In this document: positions 37,306 through 48,469 of the stretch, piece by piece | Position numbering within the stretch: the first letter of the stretch is position 1 | Layout: the number at the start of each line of letters is the position of its first letter | DNA from: Squalus acanthias | Lineage: Eukaryota | DNA: 64,000 bases | NCBI GenBank assembly: GCA_030390025.1 | Contig: CM059452.1 | Span: 9,052,001 to 9,116,000 of the forward strand | Direction of reading: 5' to 3' | Notes under the pieces: model-generated | Told to the model about the DNA's origin: nothing | Databases searched by the model: none | What the model saw: only the letters and a program-made list of their open reading frames with translations | Translations under genes and position numbers: made by a program

Positions 37306-38049
37306 GGGCCGAAAATTGATCCCGGGACGCGAGAGTACGCACTGCATACTCTCGCGTATTCCCACTCCAATTGCCGGTTTTCTGCATGCCCTGCGCATGC
37401 GCTGAAAACCGGCAATTGCTCTTCCGAAAAGGGGGCGGGGTCTGAGTGCATCGCGTGCGCGCTACAGGCTGCGCGCACGCTGTGCACTTCATGCTTTGGA
37501 CGCGCAGGTAAGTACTGAAGATTTTGGAAATGTAAAAAGGAGGAGTAAGACCCGCTTTTAAGAAGGTAAGTAGTGAATTAAGTATTTTTTTGAATTTTTT
37601 TTTACAGGTATATCTTTTTTATAGACTTTAAAGACAGGTAAGTTTATTTTTATAACTTTTTAAAAGATTTTAAATTTTTTCAAAAATTTAATTTTTTATT
37701 TAAAATGGTTAATTTAATTAACTATACTTATTTTATTAATGTGATGGTTTTTTTTTTAAATTTAATTGAGGTTTAGCTGTTATTTTGGGGGGGTGTAAGA
37801 TTCATAAGTCTCACAGCCATGCTGTGAGACTTATGAATGGAAGATGGTGTGCTGCCATTGGCTCTAACTGAGTCACGTGATCCCACAGCTCGCACGAATT
37901 CACTACGCCGCTGGGATACGCAAGCCCAGCACAGCTGATGTCTGGAACATCAAGTTCGTGCGAGCTGGATCTGAAAAAGCATAAGCGAGGTGAGACATCG
38001 CGGGGAAGGCTTACCCACGCGGGAACAGAGCGAGATCAATTTCTGGGCC
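37306..38049. mobile_element. MITE, same family as 2084-2846
   Basis: TIRs gggccgaaaattgat / atcaatttctgggcc; colinear internal similarity. Confidence 0.7.
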
Positions 38050-39214
38050 ATTATCTCGAGCCTTTCCACGGTGGAGGCGGGCACGGCCTGGGAGCGGGAG
38101 ATTCACATCTGTGGGGCGGTGGGGCGGGGGGGCGGCGGCGGTGTGGGAGGGAATAAGAGATAAATCGGCCGCTTGGAGCAACGAATCTGTAAACGTCATG
38201 ATGTATATATAAAATCAAACCACCTTTCTACGTGTTTGTTCTGAATTCTCCTTTTCTCTTTTAGCTCCCGCAGTCTCACTCACGGAGATTTTTTCCCTGA
38301 GGAGCGCCCGGCCTCAGTTTTGAAAATGAAACCCAGCTGAAGGATGAGCAGGGTGCTCACTGGGCGAGTGCCGGCCGCTCCACCCACCGCCCTGGGACCG
38401 CTCGTGTCCCCCCGACCCGCCACAGCTGGCAGATAGGAACAGGAGGAGGCAATTCAGCCCCTCGGGCCAGTTCCGCTATTCAATCAGATCAAAGTTATTC
38501 TCCACCTCAACTCAGTCTACTCGCTTTAGTTACGATTCCTCGATATCCTTACATAGGAATATGATGAGGTAATTCAACCCCTTGAGCCTGTTCCGCCATT
38601 TAATTGGACCAAGCTGATATGTACCTCAACCCTATTTACCCGCCTTTGCTCCATATCCCTCGGTACCCTTACCCAAAAAAACTCTATCTACCTCAGCCTT
38701 GGAAGCTCCAATTGTCCCACAGCATCCACAGCATTTTGAGGTTGAAAATCCCAGATTGCCGGTTACCCTTTGTGTGAGAAAGATGTGGGGCTTGTCAACA
38801 AGCCTGGTGGAAGAAGCGAACAAAATGTTGTCAACGTTTAACTTCGCTTCTGTATTTTTGGTTTATTTTTATGTTCTCTTGAATGAGACATGAGAGATGG
38901 CACCCTGCAGCCTGGGTATTTGGTGGCACTGGTTTGCCGCCGTTGTATCTGTACCTCCATGGAGTCTGAGCGAAAAACTGCAGGTAGCTCGATATAAATT
39001 GAAGAGGAAACCAAGTGCCTCCCTCTTAAGTCCTACCTGTCAGCCACCTTCCTCGGCGCGGGTCATTTAATTTTCCTTTTCTCCCAAATCTCCAGCTCCA
39101 CTTGGTGAGATGCCCCATGGGAAGAATTTGCACTCAGCTGTTCGCCCGCCATCTAGCGGTCTCCTCTGGCTATTTCATCCACAGGTCTTTGAAGGAGCAG
39201 AGGCTGATAAAAAC

Positions 39215-39830
39215 AAATATGGTATTCTGGGCTTTTTAAATAGAGGCATAGAGTACAAAAGCAACAAAGTTATACTAAACCTTTATAAATCATTGCTTAG
39301 GCCTCAGCTGGAGTATTGTGTCCAATTATGTGCACCACACTTTAGGAAGGATGTCAAGGCATTAGAGAGGGTGCAGAGGAGATTTACGAGAATGGTGCCA
39401 GGGATGATAGACTTCAGTTACGTGGAGAGACTGGAGAAACAGGGTTTGTTCTCATTCGAGCAGGTAAAGTTGAGAGGAGATATAGTAGGTGTACAAAATT
39501 ATGAGCAGTTTTGATAGAGTAGACAGGGAGATACTTTTTCCACTGACACGAGGGTCGGTAACTGGAGGAAACAGATTTAAGATAATTGGCTAATAAAGGG
39601 GAGAAGAGGAGAAATTTGTTTACGCAGTGAGTTGTTACGATCTGTAATGCACTGCCTGAAAGCGTGGTCGGAGCAGATTCAATAGCAACATGCAAAAGGG
39701 AATTGGATATATACTTGAAGTGGAACAAATTGCAGGGCTATGGGTAAGAAAAACGGGGAATTGCACTAATTGGATAGCCGGCACAGCCACCATTGCCGAA
39801 TGGCCTCCTTCTATGCTGTATGATTCAACG
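39215..39830 (+). mobile_element. CR1-type LINE 3' fragment
   Basis: YGILGFLNRGIEYK...LEYCVQ...LERVQRRFTRM. Confidence 0.85.
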
Positions 39831-39914
39831 ATTCAGCCCACAGGAATTGCACTCTGTGTTGCAGCTCTCTCTGACCGCACTGAAACTCATCCTCCACCAA
39901 AACAGACCGCAGGC

Positions 39915-40420
39915 AGTTTTTGTACGAGAGGAGAACTAGGTTATATCACTGTGTCGAAGCGATGGGGCGAATCCACAGATGTACAGCGCCGTGTCACTAA
40001 GCTGGAGATCAGTGACGGTTAAAATAGACAATCTTGAGGATGTGTTTAATTCAGAAGTGAAGCGATTCCCAATATTTTTTGCTTTTCCCCGACTGTTGCT
40101 GGAACTTCTCCACACGATCATCTCCGGGGGTGTATCGGGATACTTTCGGTACCAGTACAGGTCGTACCGGCCTGCTGTTGTCGAATAGCTACATTGCGTT
40201 CTGAAAGTCTGTCCCATTTTCAGGACTACAGCCGACCAATCCTGAGACACAGAATCTCCCTGACTCAGATCTGGTGGAAAGATTGAAAGTATTGATTCGA
40301 GTTTAATTGTGGATTTAATAAGAACTTGTGCTTGACAAATGTTTGTACTATAACATCCTTTAAAAACTTACCAAATGTTAAGCAGGTGAGGGTACTCAAA
40401 AGGGTGAATTTGAAATGCAT
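39915..40420 (-). CDS. TCR alpha/delta V gene, intact (leader 40372-40420, V 39954-40270, RSS 39915-39953)
   Basis: Leader MHFKFTLLSTLTCLTF with GTAAG; GDSVSQ...QCSYSTT...LYWYRK...DTALYICGFAPSLR; CACAGTG-23-ACAAAAACT. Confidence 0.92.
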
Positions 40421-41419
40421 GATCTCCGACAATCCCCGCCAGTGTGGGCCTCTCCGGGTCGGGCTGATTTCCAATACTCTCTCCTTTGCTGGGAAGCTGA
40501 TCCAGTCTTTGCACTGAGCAGCTCGCGACAATATTCGTCAATGACAAATCACGTGCTCAAGGTTAAACCAATCGGGACCGTTTGCTAACAGTCCTTGAGA
40601 TGATTGGACATGTGAGAGAGAGGCCCAATATGATTGGATAAACAGAAGTGGAATGTTAATTTATTCTCGGGCTGCAGGTATCGCTGGCGATTATTGCCGC
40701 TCCCCAGTTGTCCAAGTTGGTGACTCCATTCCCATACCAATGTGACTGACTCTTAACTGCATTGTGAAGTGGTCCAGGAAGACAGTCGCTTCTAAAAGGG
40801 CAACTTGCGATGAAAATAAATGCCAGCCATGCCAGAGACGCCCACATCCGGAGAATGAATTAAAAAAAGGTTTGTGAGCCAATTCAACACGTGACTGACA
40901 TCGCCTCACACTGATCATTGTATCCGCTCCCCTTCCTTCAGCGTCAGTGGTGGTTCAATAAAGTTATATAAAATTCTCAGTCTAATCATTTTGCTTTTTC
41001 AACAAATTTTGTGCCATATTGGTGACTTGCCGTGTCCTCTGTGTTCCACATCTTCACACCAGGAGTTTGAATTTCACAATACTTTTTTTCCATTGCAGGA
41101 AGTCCCAGCAGCCAACTGGTTGGCCATACTCAGTTGACTAACTTCAATGATTTGATGCAGCAAACAAAGGCGCTGCCCTAATGGAGGGCGGGGACTTCAC
41201 TGAAGGGGTAGGCTGGGGTCCTGCCGCCCCCTGGTGGTTGACCCAAACATTGCACGCGGTGCTCCGGTACCGACTCTTCTCAAGAAAATACCTGATAAAA
41301 ATAAGAAAGGTGAATTTCGTATCCTGGTAATTAGAGCTTAAAAAACAAATAAATTGTGCTTGATAGAAAAGGTGATGTTAGTAACACCAATAAAACAAGT
41401 TTCAAAATTTAAATCAAGG

Positions 41420-42265
41420 GCGAGAACATGGTAGATGGAATATAATGTGGATAAATGTGAAGTTATCCACTTTGGTAGAAAAAACAGAAAGGCAGAGTAT
41501 TTCCTAAATGGTGAAAGATTGGGGAATGCAGATGCTCAAAGGGACCTGGGTGTCCTTGTACATGAATCACTGAAAGTGAATGTGCAGGTGCAGCAAGCCA
41601 TTAGGAAGGCAAATGGTATGCTGGCCTTCAATCAAGAGGATTGAGTACAGGAGTAAAGAAGTCTTATTCCAATTATATAGGGCCTTGGTGAGACCACACC
41701 TGGAGTACTGTGTACAATTTTGGTCTCCTTACCTAAGGAAGGATATACTTGCCATAGAGGGAGTGCAACGAAGGTTCACGAGATTGATTCCTGGGATGAC
41801 GGGACTGTCGTATGAGAAGAGATTGAGTAAACTAGGCCTGTATTCTCTTGAATTCAGAAGAATGAGAGGGGATCTCATTGAAGCATACAAAATTATTACA
41901 GGGCTTGATAGGGTGCATGCTGGGAGAATGTGTCCCTTGGTTGGGGAGTCTAGAACCAGGGGCCACAGCCTCAGGATAAAGGGTAGGCCATTCAGGACTG
42001 AGATGAGAAGACATTTCTTCACACTGAGGGTGGTGAATCTTTGGAATTCTCTACCCCAGAGGGCTGTGGATGCTCAGTCATTGGGTATATTCAAAACAGA
42101 AGTCGATAGATTTCTGACTAGTAAAAGCATCAAGGGATATGGCGATAGGGCCGGTGAATGGAGTTGAGGCAGAAGATCAGTCATGATCTAGTTGAATGGC
42201 GGAGAAGGCTCGAAGGGCCGAATGGCCTACTCCTGCTCCTATTTCTTATGTTCTTATGTTCTTAT
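41420..42265 (+). mobile_element. CR1-type LINE 3' part
   Basis: ORF 41580-42167 and (TTCTTATG)n tail. Confidence 0.9.
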
Positions 42266-42443
42266 TACGCTTCAGAGAAAGGGCTAATTGCGAGAGAAAG
42301 GGAGCACCAGGCGAGTATTTCCTTCTTCTTACTCCCTCTTCATCAGCACCGCTCACAGCTTCCGTTTGCTGCTGAGGGGGAGCAGTGAAGGGCTATAGTT
42401 AATGTTGTTCTGGTGCCGGAGCCTCCCATCCATACCAGACACC

Positions 42444-42795
42444 ATGTGCTCCCCATGTTCCGCACTGATATTAGTGGTCGTGCTGCCCGGTGAGTCTATG
42501 TTTAAAGGAACGTATGTATTTCATGGGTTATATTTACTCCCAGACTTTTGACAGATTATGCATTTTGTTGCACTGGCGAAGCCTCATTAACACATGATCC
42601 ATCTGATTTAACGGTTCAGGAAGGACAGATCTTAATACTGAACACTAGTTACTCCACGCCGATAGATTTCCCTTCCTCTTCTGGTACAACCAGTAGCCCC
42701 GGGGATGATCCGAGATAATTAATGAGGAGATACATCTCGGTGCAGGGAGACAAGTCTCCAGATTTCCCAGAGCGGTTCAAAGGCACAGACACGAA
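42444..42795 (+). pseudogene. Decayed, 3'-truncated TCR V pseudogene (family of 32855 and 46383)
   Basis: Leader MCSPCSALILVVVLP with GTGAG; remnant ggagacaagtctccagatttcccaga; indels; no RSS. Confidence 0.8.
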
Positions 42796-42911
42796 TACAA
42801 CTGTTTGATATTGAAACCTGATAGTATATTGTCTCCGTGGGTTTGGGATCAAATTAACCCCACAGATAACAGCACAGAAGAATACTTAATGGAGCTGTAA
42901 ATTCTCGCTGA

Positions 42912-43443
42912 GGTTTTTGTACCGGGCCTTTGCTTTTTCTGACGCTGTGCCTCACTGCACAGTAATAGACCGCCCCGTCCTCCACACTCAGGCTGCTTAT
43001 ATTGAGGTAATTGTACTTTCTAGACGTGTTAGCAGCCGCCAGATATTGTCCTGAGATTTCGACTCCCTTCAGTGCTACTGTTTTGCTAATTATCCAGCTT
43101 GGAGGCTGTGCCAGTTTCTGCCGATATCATTGCATGTAGTCAATATCCGGGCTTTTATATTCGCAATCTAACTGCACCGAACCCTCTGTTGACACGGCGA
43201 TTGTCACCGGAAACTGAGTTACTGGATCTACACATAGTCCGCCTGAGAACATAGGGGAACTTGTGTCTATCTGTATGAGAGTGTGTAACCCTCCATCTAC
43301 GCAGCTGTCCATCATGTGGATATTTCTGATCGGTAATTGTACTAAATCCCTGCACACGCTCTTTGCATCAACCAGCTAACCTGTGTTTTTAATATAATCC
43401 AATACTTACTGTTCAACACAGCCGCCAGTATTATTAGAAACAT
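42912..43443 (-). pseudogene. TCR alpha-like V pseudogene (leader 43410-43443, V 42950-43242, RSS 42912-42949)
   Basis: VQLDCEYKSPDIDYMQ*YRQ...EDGAVYYCAVR: conserved Trp codon changed to TGA; CACAGCG-22-ACAAAAACC. Confidence 0.87.
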
Positions 43444-43707
43444 GTCTGACTGAATCTCTCACAGTGACTTGGAATTGAATGAGGCAGAGATTGAGAAGGA
43501 GAGCGGTAACCCGGGATGTTCAGCTCATTGTTCCACCCGCACACTGCAGGGGGCGGCCCCATTGTGACCTCACTCAGGCTTCGATCGCTATTGGCTTTGG
43601 CGTTTGCATCACGTGACTTTCTAATTAACATTCTTGGGTTTGGCGCCTTCTGCTTGTGCATTGTGTAACATCGAGCTCAGAATGAGGGCATTGAGGGGAT
43701 TTAGGGT

Positions 43708-44018
43708 TTTGTAGTGGGATTGTGCCCTGGGCTATAGGACGGGTTGTAGTGGGATTCTGCTCAGGGCTATAGGACGGGTTGTAGTGGGATTCTGCTCAGG
43801 GCTATAGGACGGGGTGTAGTGGGATTGTGCTCAGGGCTATAGGACGGGGTGTAGTGGGATTGTGCCCTGGGCTATAGGACGGGTTGTAGTGGGATTCTGC
43901 TCAGGGCTATAGGACGGGGTGTAGTGGGATTGTGCCCTGGGCTATAGGACGGGGTGTAGTGGGATTGTGCTCGGGGCTATAGGACGGGGTGCTGTGGGAT
44001 TGTGCTCTGGGATATAGG
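43708..44018. repeat. ~35-bp minisatellite (gtagtgggattgtgctcagggctataggacggggt)
   Basis: About 9 tandem units. Confidence 0.9.
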
Positions 44019-44319
44019 CTGAACTGAGTGATTCTGATCAGACCTGTCACTCTGAACATTTCACCTCACTCTGGGGGCGGCAGCCCATTGTACACTCCGC
44101 GCGATTTGCTATCGCCAGTCCTGCACTACTGCCCAAGACGAACTCTGTGGCCTCGCCTCTCTTTCCGTGTTTTAGAATGGCCCCATGTACCTTTGTTCCT
44201 GGTCAGTGCGTTGAGCGCTACGGTGTGACCCGGTACCTGCTCAGAGGTCAACAGACATGGCTGGGGGGGACGAGTATGTGAGTTCTGGGTGCTATTTCCT
44301 GAATCCATTTTGCTTTTAT

Positions 44320-44599
44320 CCCTTATAAATAATTAAAGGTGCTCCATTTAGTGTCATAGCTACAGTTTAAAGTCACCGCGTCTCCTTCTGTCTGAACTCC
44401 CGAGGACAGCGGCTGAGTGACAGAATCTCCAAGACTCAGATCTGAAAAACATGTTCAAACAGGAAAAGATCAGACCGGCGGGTGTTTAAAATTCAGAGTC
44501 ACACCATGTTTGGAAATGAGAGAAAAGATGAAATGTCTTTCCTCCACAATTACCTGTCAGAAATGCTCCCCACACAGCCCAGATGCTGAGTAGCCGCAT
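44320..44599 (-). pseudogene. Truncated TCR V pseudogene (leader 44554-44599, V from 44441)
   Basis: Leader MRLLSIWAVWGAFLT; GDSVTQPLSSGVQTEGDAVTLNCSYDTKWSTFNYL* followed by unrelated sequence. Confidence 0.8.
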
Positions 44600-45149
44600 T
44601 GTCGCTGTCCGCTCTGTAAAAGGGGGGGTCGGATATTTGAAGACACCCGTTCTAATCCCCGCCCTCAATAATCAGCTGTCGTGTCTCAGGATGCTCTCAC
44701 CTCACTTCTTGGTGTCCCCAGTGGTGCTGTGAGACCGGTAGGTGGTGAGTTGGCTGCCAGTGAATGGAAACATCCCGAGCTGGGCCACAGTTCGTGCCCT
44801 TATATTGGAATGGTTCCGCTTTTAGAGACCGGGGGTGGGAATGAAACTCTTGCCTGGTTATTGGAACCCGGAAGCTGAGGGATTGTTAATGGTGACGGAA
44901 AATATTCCAGCATTAAAGAGACATTCTGAAGGGCAATGGACATTGGGGGAACTCTGTGCTTGGGGCCTGTTTTAAAGAGCACAATCACTACCTTGTGAAA
45001 TCTGTTCATTGTGTATAAACTGTCTCTGACCCAGCAACATACTCTGATCAAATAAACCCTGTGTACAGACCGCGAACAAAGGGTCCGGGACACTGACAGG
45101 GGAGATGAGTAAAGGGCTGCACAATATTGCAGGCAGGCACGGAATGGGC

Positions 45150-45665
45150 ATCATAGATTCATAGAATCTTACAGCACAGAAGGGGGCTTTCGGCCTGTCG
45201 TGCCTGTTTAGTCCCATATCCCAGCTTTTTCTCATAACCCTGCAAATTAGTCCTCTTCAAGTACATGTCCTATTGCCTTTTGAAAGTTCCCATGAAATCT
45301 GATTCCACCACCCTTTCAGGCACTGCCTTTCAGATCTTAACAACCCGCTTTGTGAAGAAATGTCTCCTCATTTCCCCTCTAGTTCTTTTTCCAATTATTT
45401 TAAATCTATTCCCTCTGGTTATCAACCCACTTGCCAGAGGAAATAGTTTCTCCCTATTTGCTCTGTCAAAACCCCTCATAATTTTGAATACTTCTATTAG
45501 GTCTCCCCTTAACCTTCTCTGCTCTCAGGAGAACAATCACAGCTTCTCCAATCTCTCCACATAACTGAAGTCCCTCATCCCTGGTATCATCCTGGTAAAC
45601 CTCCTCTGTTCCCTCTCCAGGGCCTTGACATCATCCTAACGTGTGGTGCCCAGAAATGTACACAA
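45150..45665 (-). mobile_element. CR1-type LINE 3' fragment
   Basis: Reverse-strand CR1 ORF2 C-terminus and 3' UTR similar to 4855-5140. Confidence 0.75.
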
Positions 45666-45912
45666 TAGAGAAAGGACAAAAGGGGAGTTAAGGCGCCACA
45701 GACATGATTTGTGAAGTTCATGTTTATTCTAAATACGAGTTGAAATCGCCTAAAAGATCCCCAAGTGGACCTGACCTGTTCTTGTTGAGTGTTGTGAAAT
45801 GTCGCTCTGTTAAGTAGGTACCTGTGACTCTCACTGTGGAGGCTGAATGATCGCTGCTGGTTATCGATGTGAGAGCGCCCTCTGGTGATCACTAACTGGA
45901 ACTCTCAGTGTG

Positions 45913-46383
45913 GGTTTTTGTACGGGATCCGCTATATCTCTGCAGCAGTGTGGGGCTCATGGCACAGAAATACACGGCGCTGTCGGTGACAAGAACCGCG
46001 GTGATATTTAAAGGGACCGTTTTGCTGTCTCTGTGCAAAACAGCAGAAAACCGGGCTGGGAAATCTGGAGACTGGTCTACCGTCCCCGAGCTATATATCC
46101 TCAGTAAATATCTGGGAGCTTCCCGGGATACTGGATGAACCAGAACAGAGTTGGAGCAGCTGCCGAGTAACTGCAGTTCAGTATTATGCTTTTTCCATCC
46201 TGAACCATTAATTCAGACGGATCCTGGGACACTGAATCTTTGCCACTCGTTCCTGTAACAAAACACAGAATGTGTCAAAAGTCTGGGAGTAAGGATAATC
46301 CGTGAAACACACAATGACCATTTACATATGAACTCACTGGACAGCACGACCATTATTATCAGTATGGAACACGGGGAGCACAT
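45913..46383 (-). pseudogene. TCR V pseudogene with a 1-nt deletion (leader 46338-46383, V 45953-46252, RSS 45913-45952)
   Basis: KDSVSQDPSEL...LNCSY...LFWFIQYPG then frameshift relative to the 32987 paralog; DSAVYFCAMSP; CACACTG-24-ACAAAAACC. Confidence 0.87.
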
Positions 46384-46429
46384 GGTGCCTGGTTTAGAAT
46401 TAGACAGAAAACAGCAGATCATTTTAGAA

Positions 46430-48465
46430 GCATAGAAACATAGAAGATAGGAGCAGGAGTAGGCCATTCGGCCCCTCGAGCCTGCTCCGCCATTTAATGA
46501 GATCATGGCTGATCATCCAAGTTCAGTACCCTGTCCCTGCTTTCTCCCCATATCCCTTGATCCCTTTAGTCTGAAGAAATATATCTATCTCCTTCTTGAA
46601 TATATTTAATGAATTGGCCTCAACTGCCTTCTGCGGTAGAGAATTCCACAGGTTCACCACTCTCTGGGTGAAGAAATTCCTCCTCATCTCAGTCCTAAAT
46701 GGCTTAGCCCTTATCCTTAGACTGTGACCTCTGGTTCTGGACTCCCCCGCCATCGGGAACATCCTTCCTGCCTCTAGTCTGTCTAGTCCTGTTAGAATTT
46801 TATAAGTTTCAATGAGATCCCCTCTCATTCTTCTAAACTCTAGCGAATATAAGCCTAATCGACCCAATCTCTCTTCATACGTCATTCATGCCATCCCAGG
46901 TATCAGTCTGGTGAATCTTCGCTAAACTCCCTCCATGGCAAGAACATCCTTCCTCAGATAAGACTACCAACACTGCACACAATACTCAAGGTGTGGTCTC
47001 ACAAAGGCCGTGTACAACTGCAGCAAGACATCATTGCTCCTGTACTCGAATCCTCTCGCTATGAAGGCCAACATACCATTTGCCTTCTTAACCGCCTGCT
47101 GCACCTGTATGCTTACCTTCAGCGACTGGTGCACAAGGGCACCCAGGTCTCGTTGCACTTCCCCTTTTCCCAATCTATTGCCGTTCAGATAATAATCTGC
47201 CTTCCTGTTTTTGCCAACAAAGTGGATAACCTCGCATTTATCCACATTATACTGCATCTGCCATGCATCTGCCCAATCACCCAACCTGTCCAAATCATAC
47301 TGGAGTTTCTCTGCATCCTCTTCACAGCACACACGCCCACCCAGCTTTGTGTCGTCTGCAAACTTGGAGATATTACATCTAGTTCCCTCGCCTAGATCAT
47401 TAATATATATTGTGAATAGCTGGGGTCCCAGCACCGATCCCAGCGGTACCCCACCAGTCACTGCCTGCCACTCGGAAAAAAGACCCGTTTATTCCAACTC
47501 TTTGCTTCCTGTCTGCCAACCAATTCTCTATCCAAGTACCCTAGGATGTAGATTATCAGGCCCTGGGGATTTATCGGCCTTCAATCCCGTCAATTTCCCT
47601 AACACCATTTCCCTACAAATACTGATTTCATTCAGTTCCTCCCTCTCATTGGACCCTATGTTCCCCGACATCTCTGGGAGGTTATTTGTGTCCTACTTTG
47701 TGAAGACAGAGCCAAAGTATGTATTTAATTGGTCTGCCATTTCTTTGTTCCCCATTATAAATTCCTCTGATTCTGACTGCAAGGGACCTACGCTTGACTT
47801 CACCAATCTTTTTCTCTTTACATATATATAGAAGCTTTTACAGTCAGTTTTTATGTTCCCTGCAAGCTTACTCTCATACTCTGTTTCCCCCCTCTTAATT
47901 AATCCCTTTGTCCTCCTTTGCTGAATCCTAAACTGCTCCCAAACCTGAGGTTTGCTGCTTTTTCTGGCCAATTTATATGTCATCTCTTTGGATTTTATGC
48001 TATTACTAATTTCCCTTGTTAGCCACGGTTGAGTCAACTTTTTTGTTTTATTTTTATGCCAAACAGGGATGAACAAATTCTGTAGTTCATCCATGCGATC
48101 TTTAAATGTTTGCCATTGCCTATCCACCGTCAACCCTTTAAGTAACGTCCCCCAATCCATCCTAGCCAACCCGCGCCTCATACCATTGTAGTTTCCTTTA
48201 TTTAAATTCAGGTCCCTAGTCTCTGAGTCAACTAATTCACTCTCCATCTTAATGAAGAATTCTGTCATATTATGATCGCTCCTCCCCAAGGGGCCTCGCA
48301 CAACAAGATTGCAAATAAATCCTTTCTCATTACATAATACCCAGTCTAAGATGGCCTGGTCTCTAGTTGGTTCCTCGACATATTGGTCCAGGAAACCATC
48401 CCGTATACACTCTAGGAATTCCTCCTCCACGGTATTGTTACTAATTTGGTTAGCCCAATCTATAT
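46430..48465 (-). mobile_element. CR1-type LINE, 5'-truncated with internal deletions
   Basis: ORFs 47693-48430, 46964-47461 and 46523-46885 (APE tail, RT, C-terminus). Confidence 0.9.
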
Positions 48466-48469
48466 CAGG

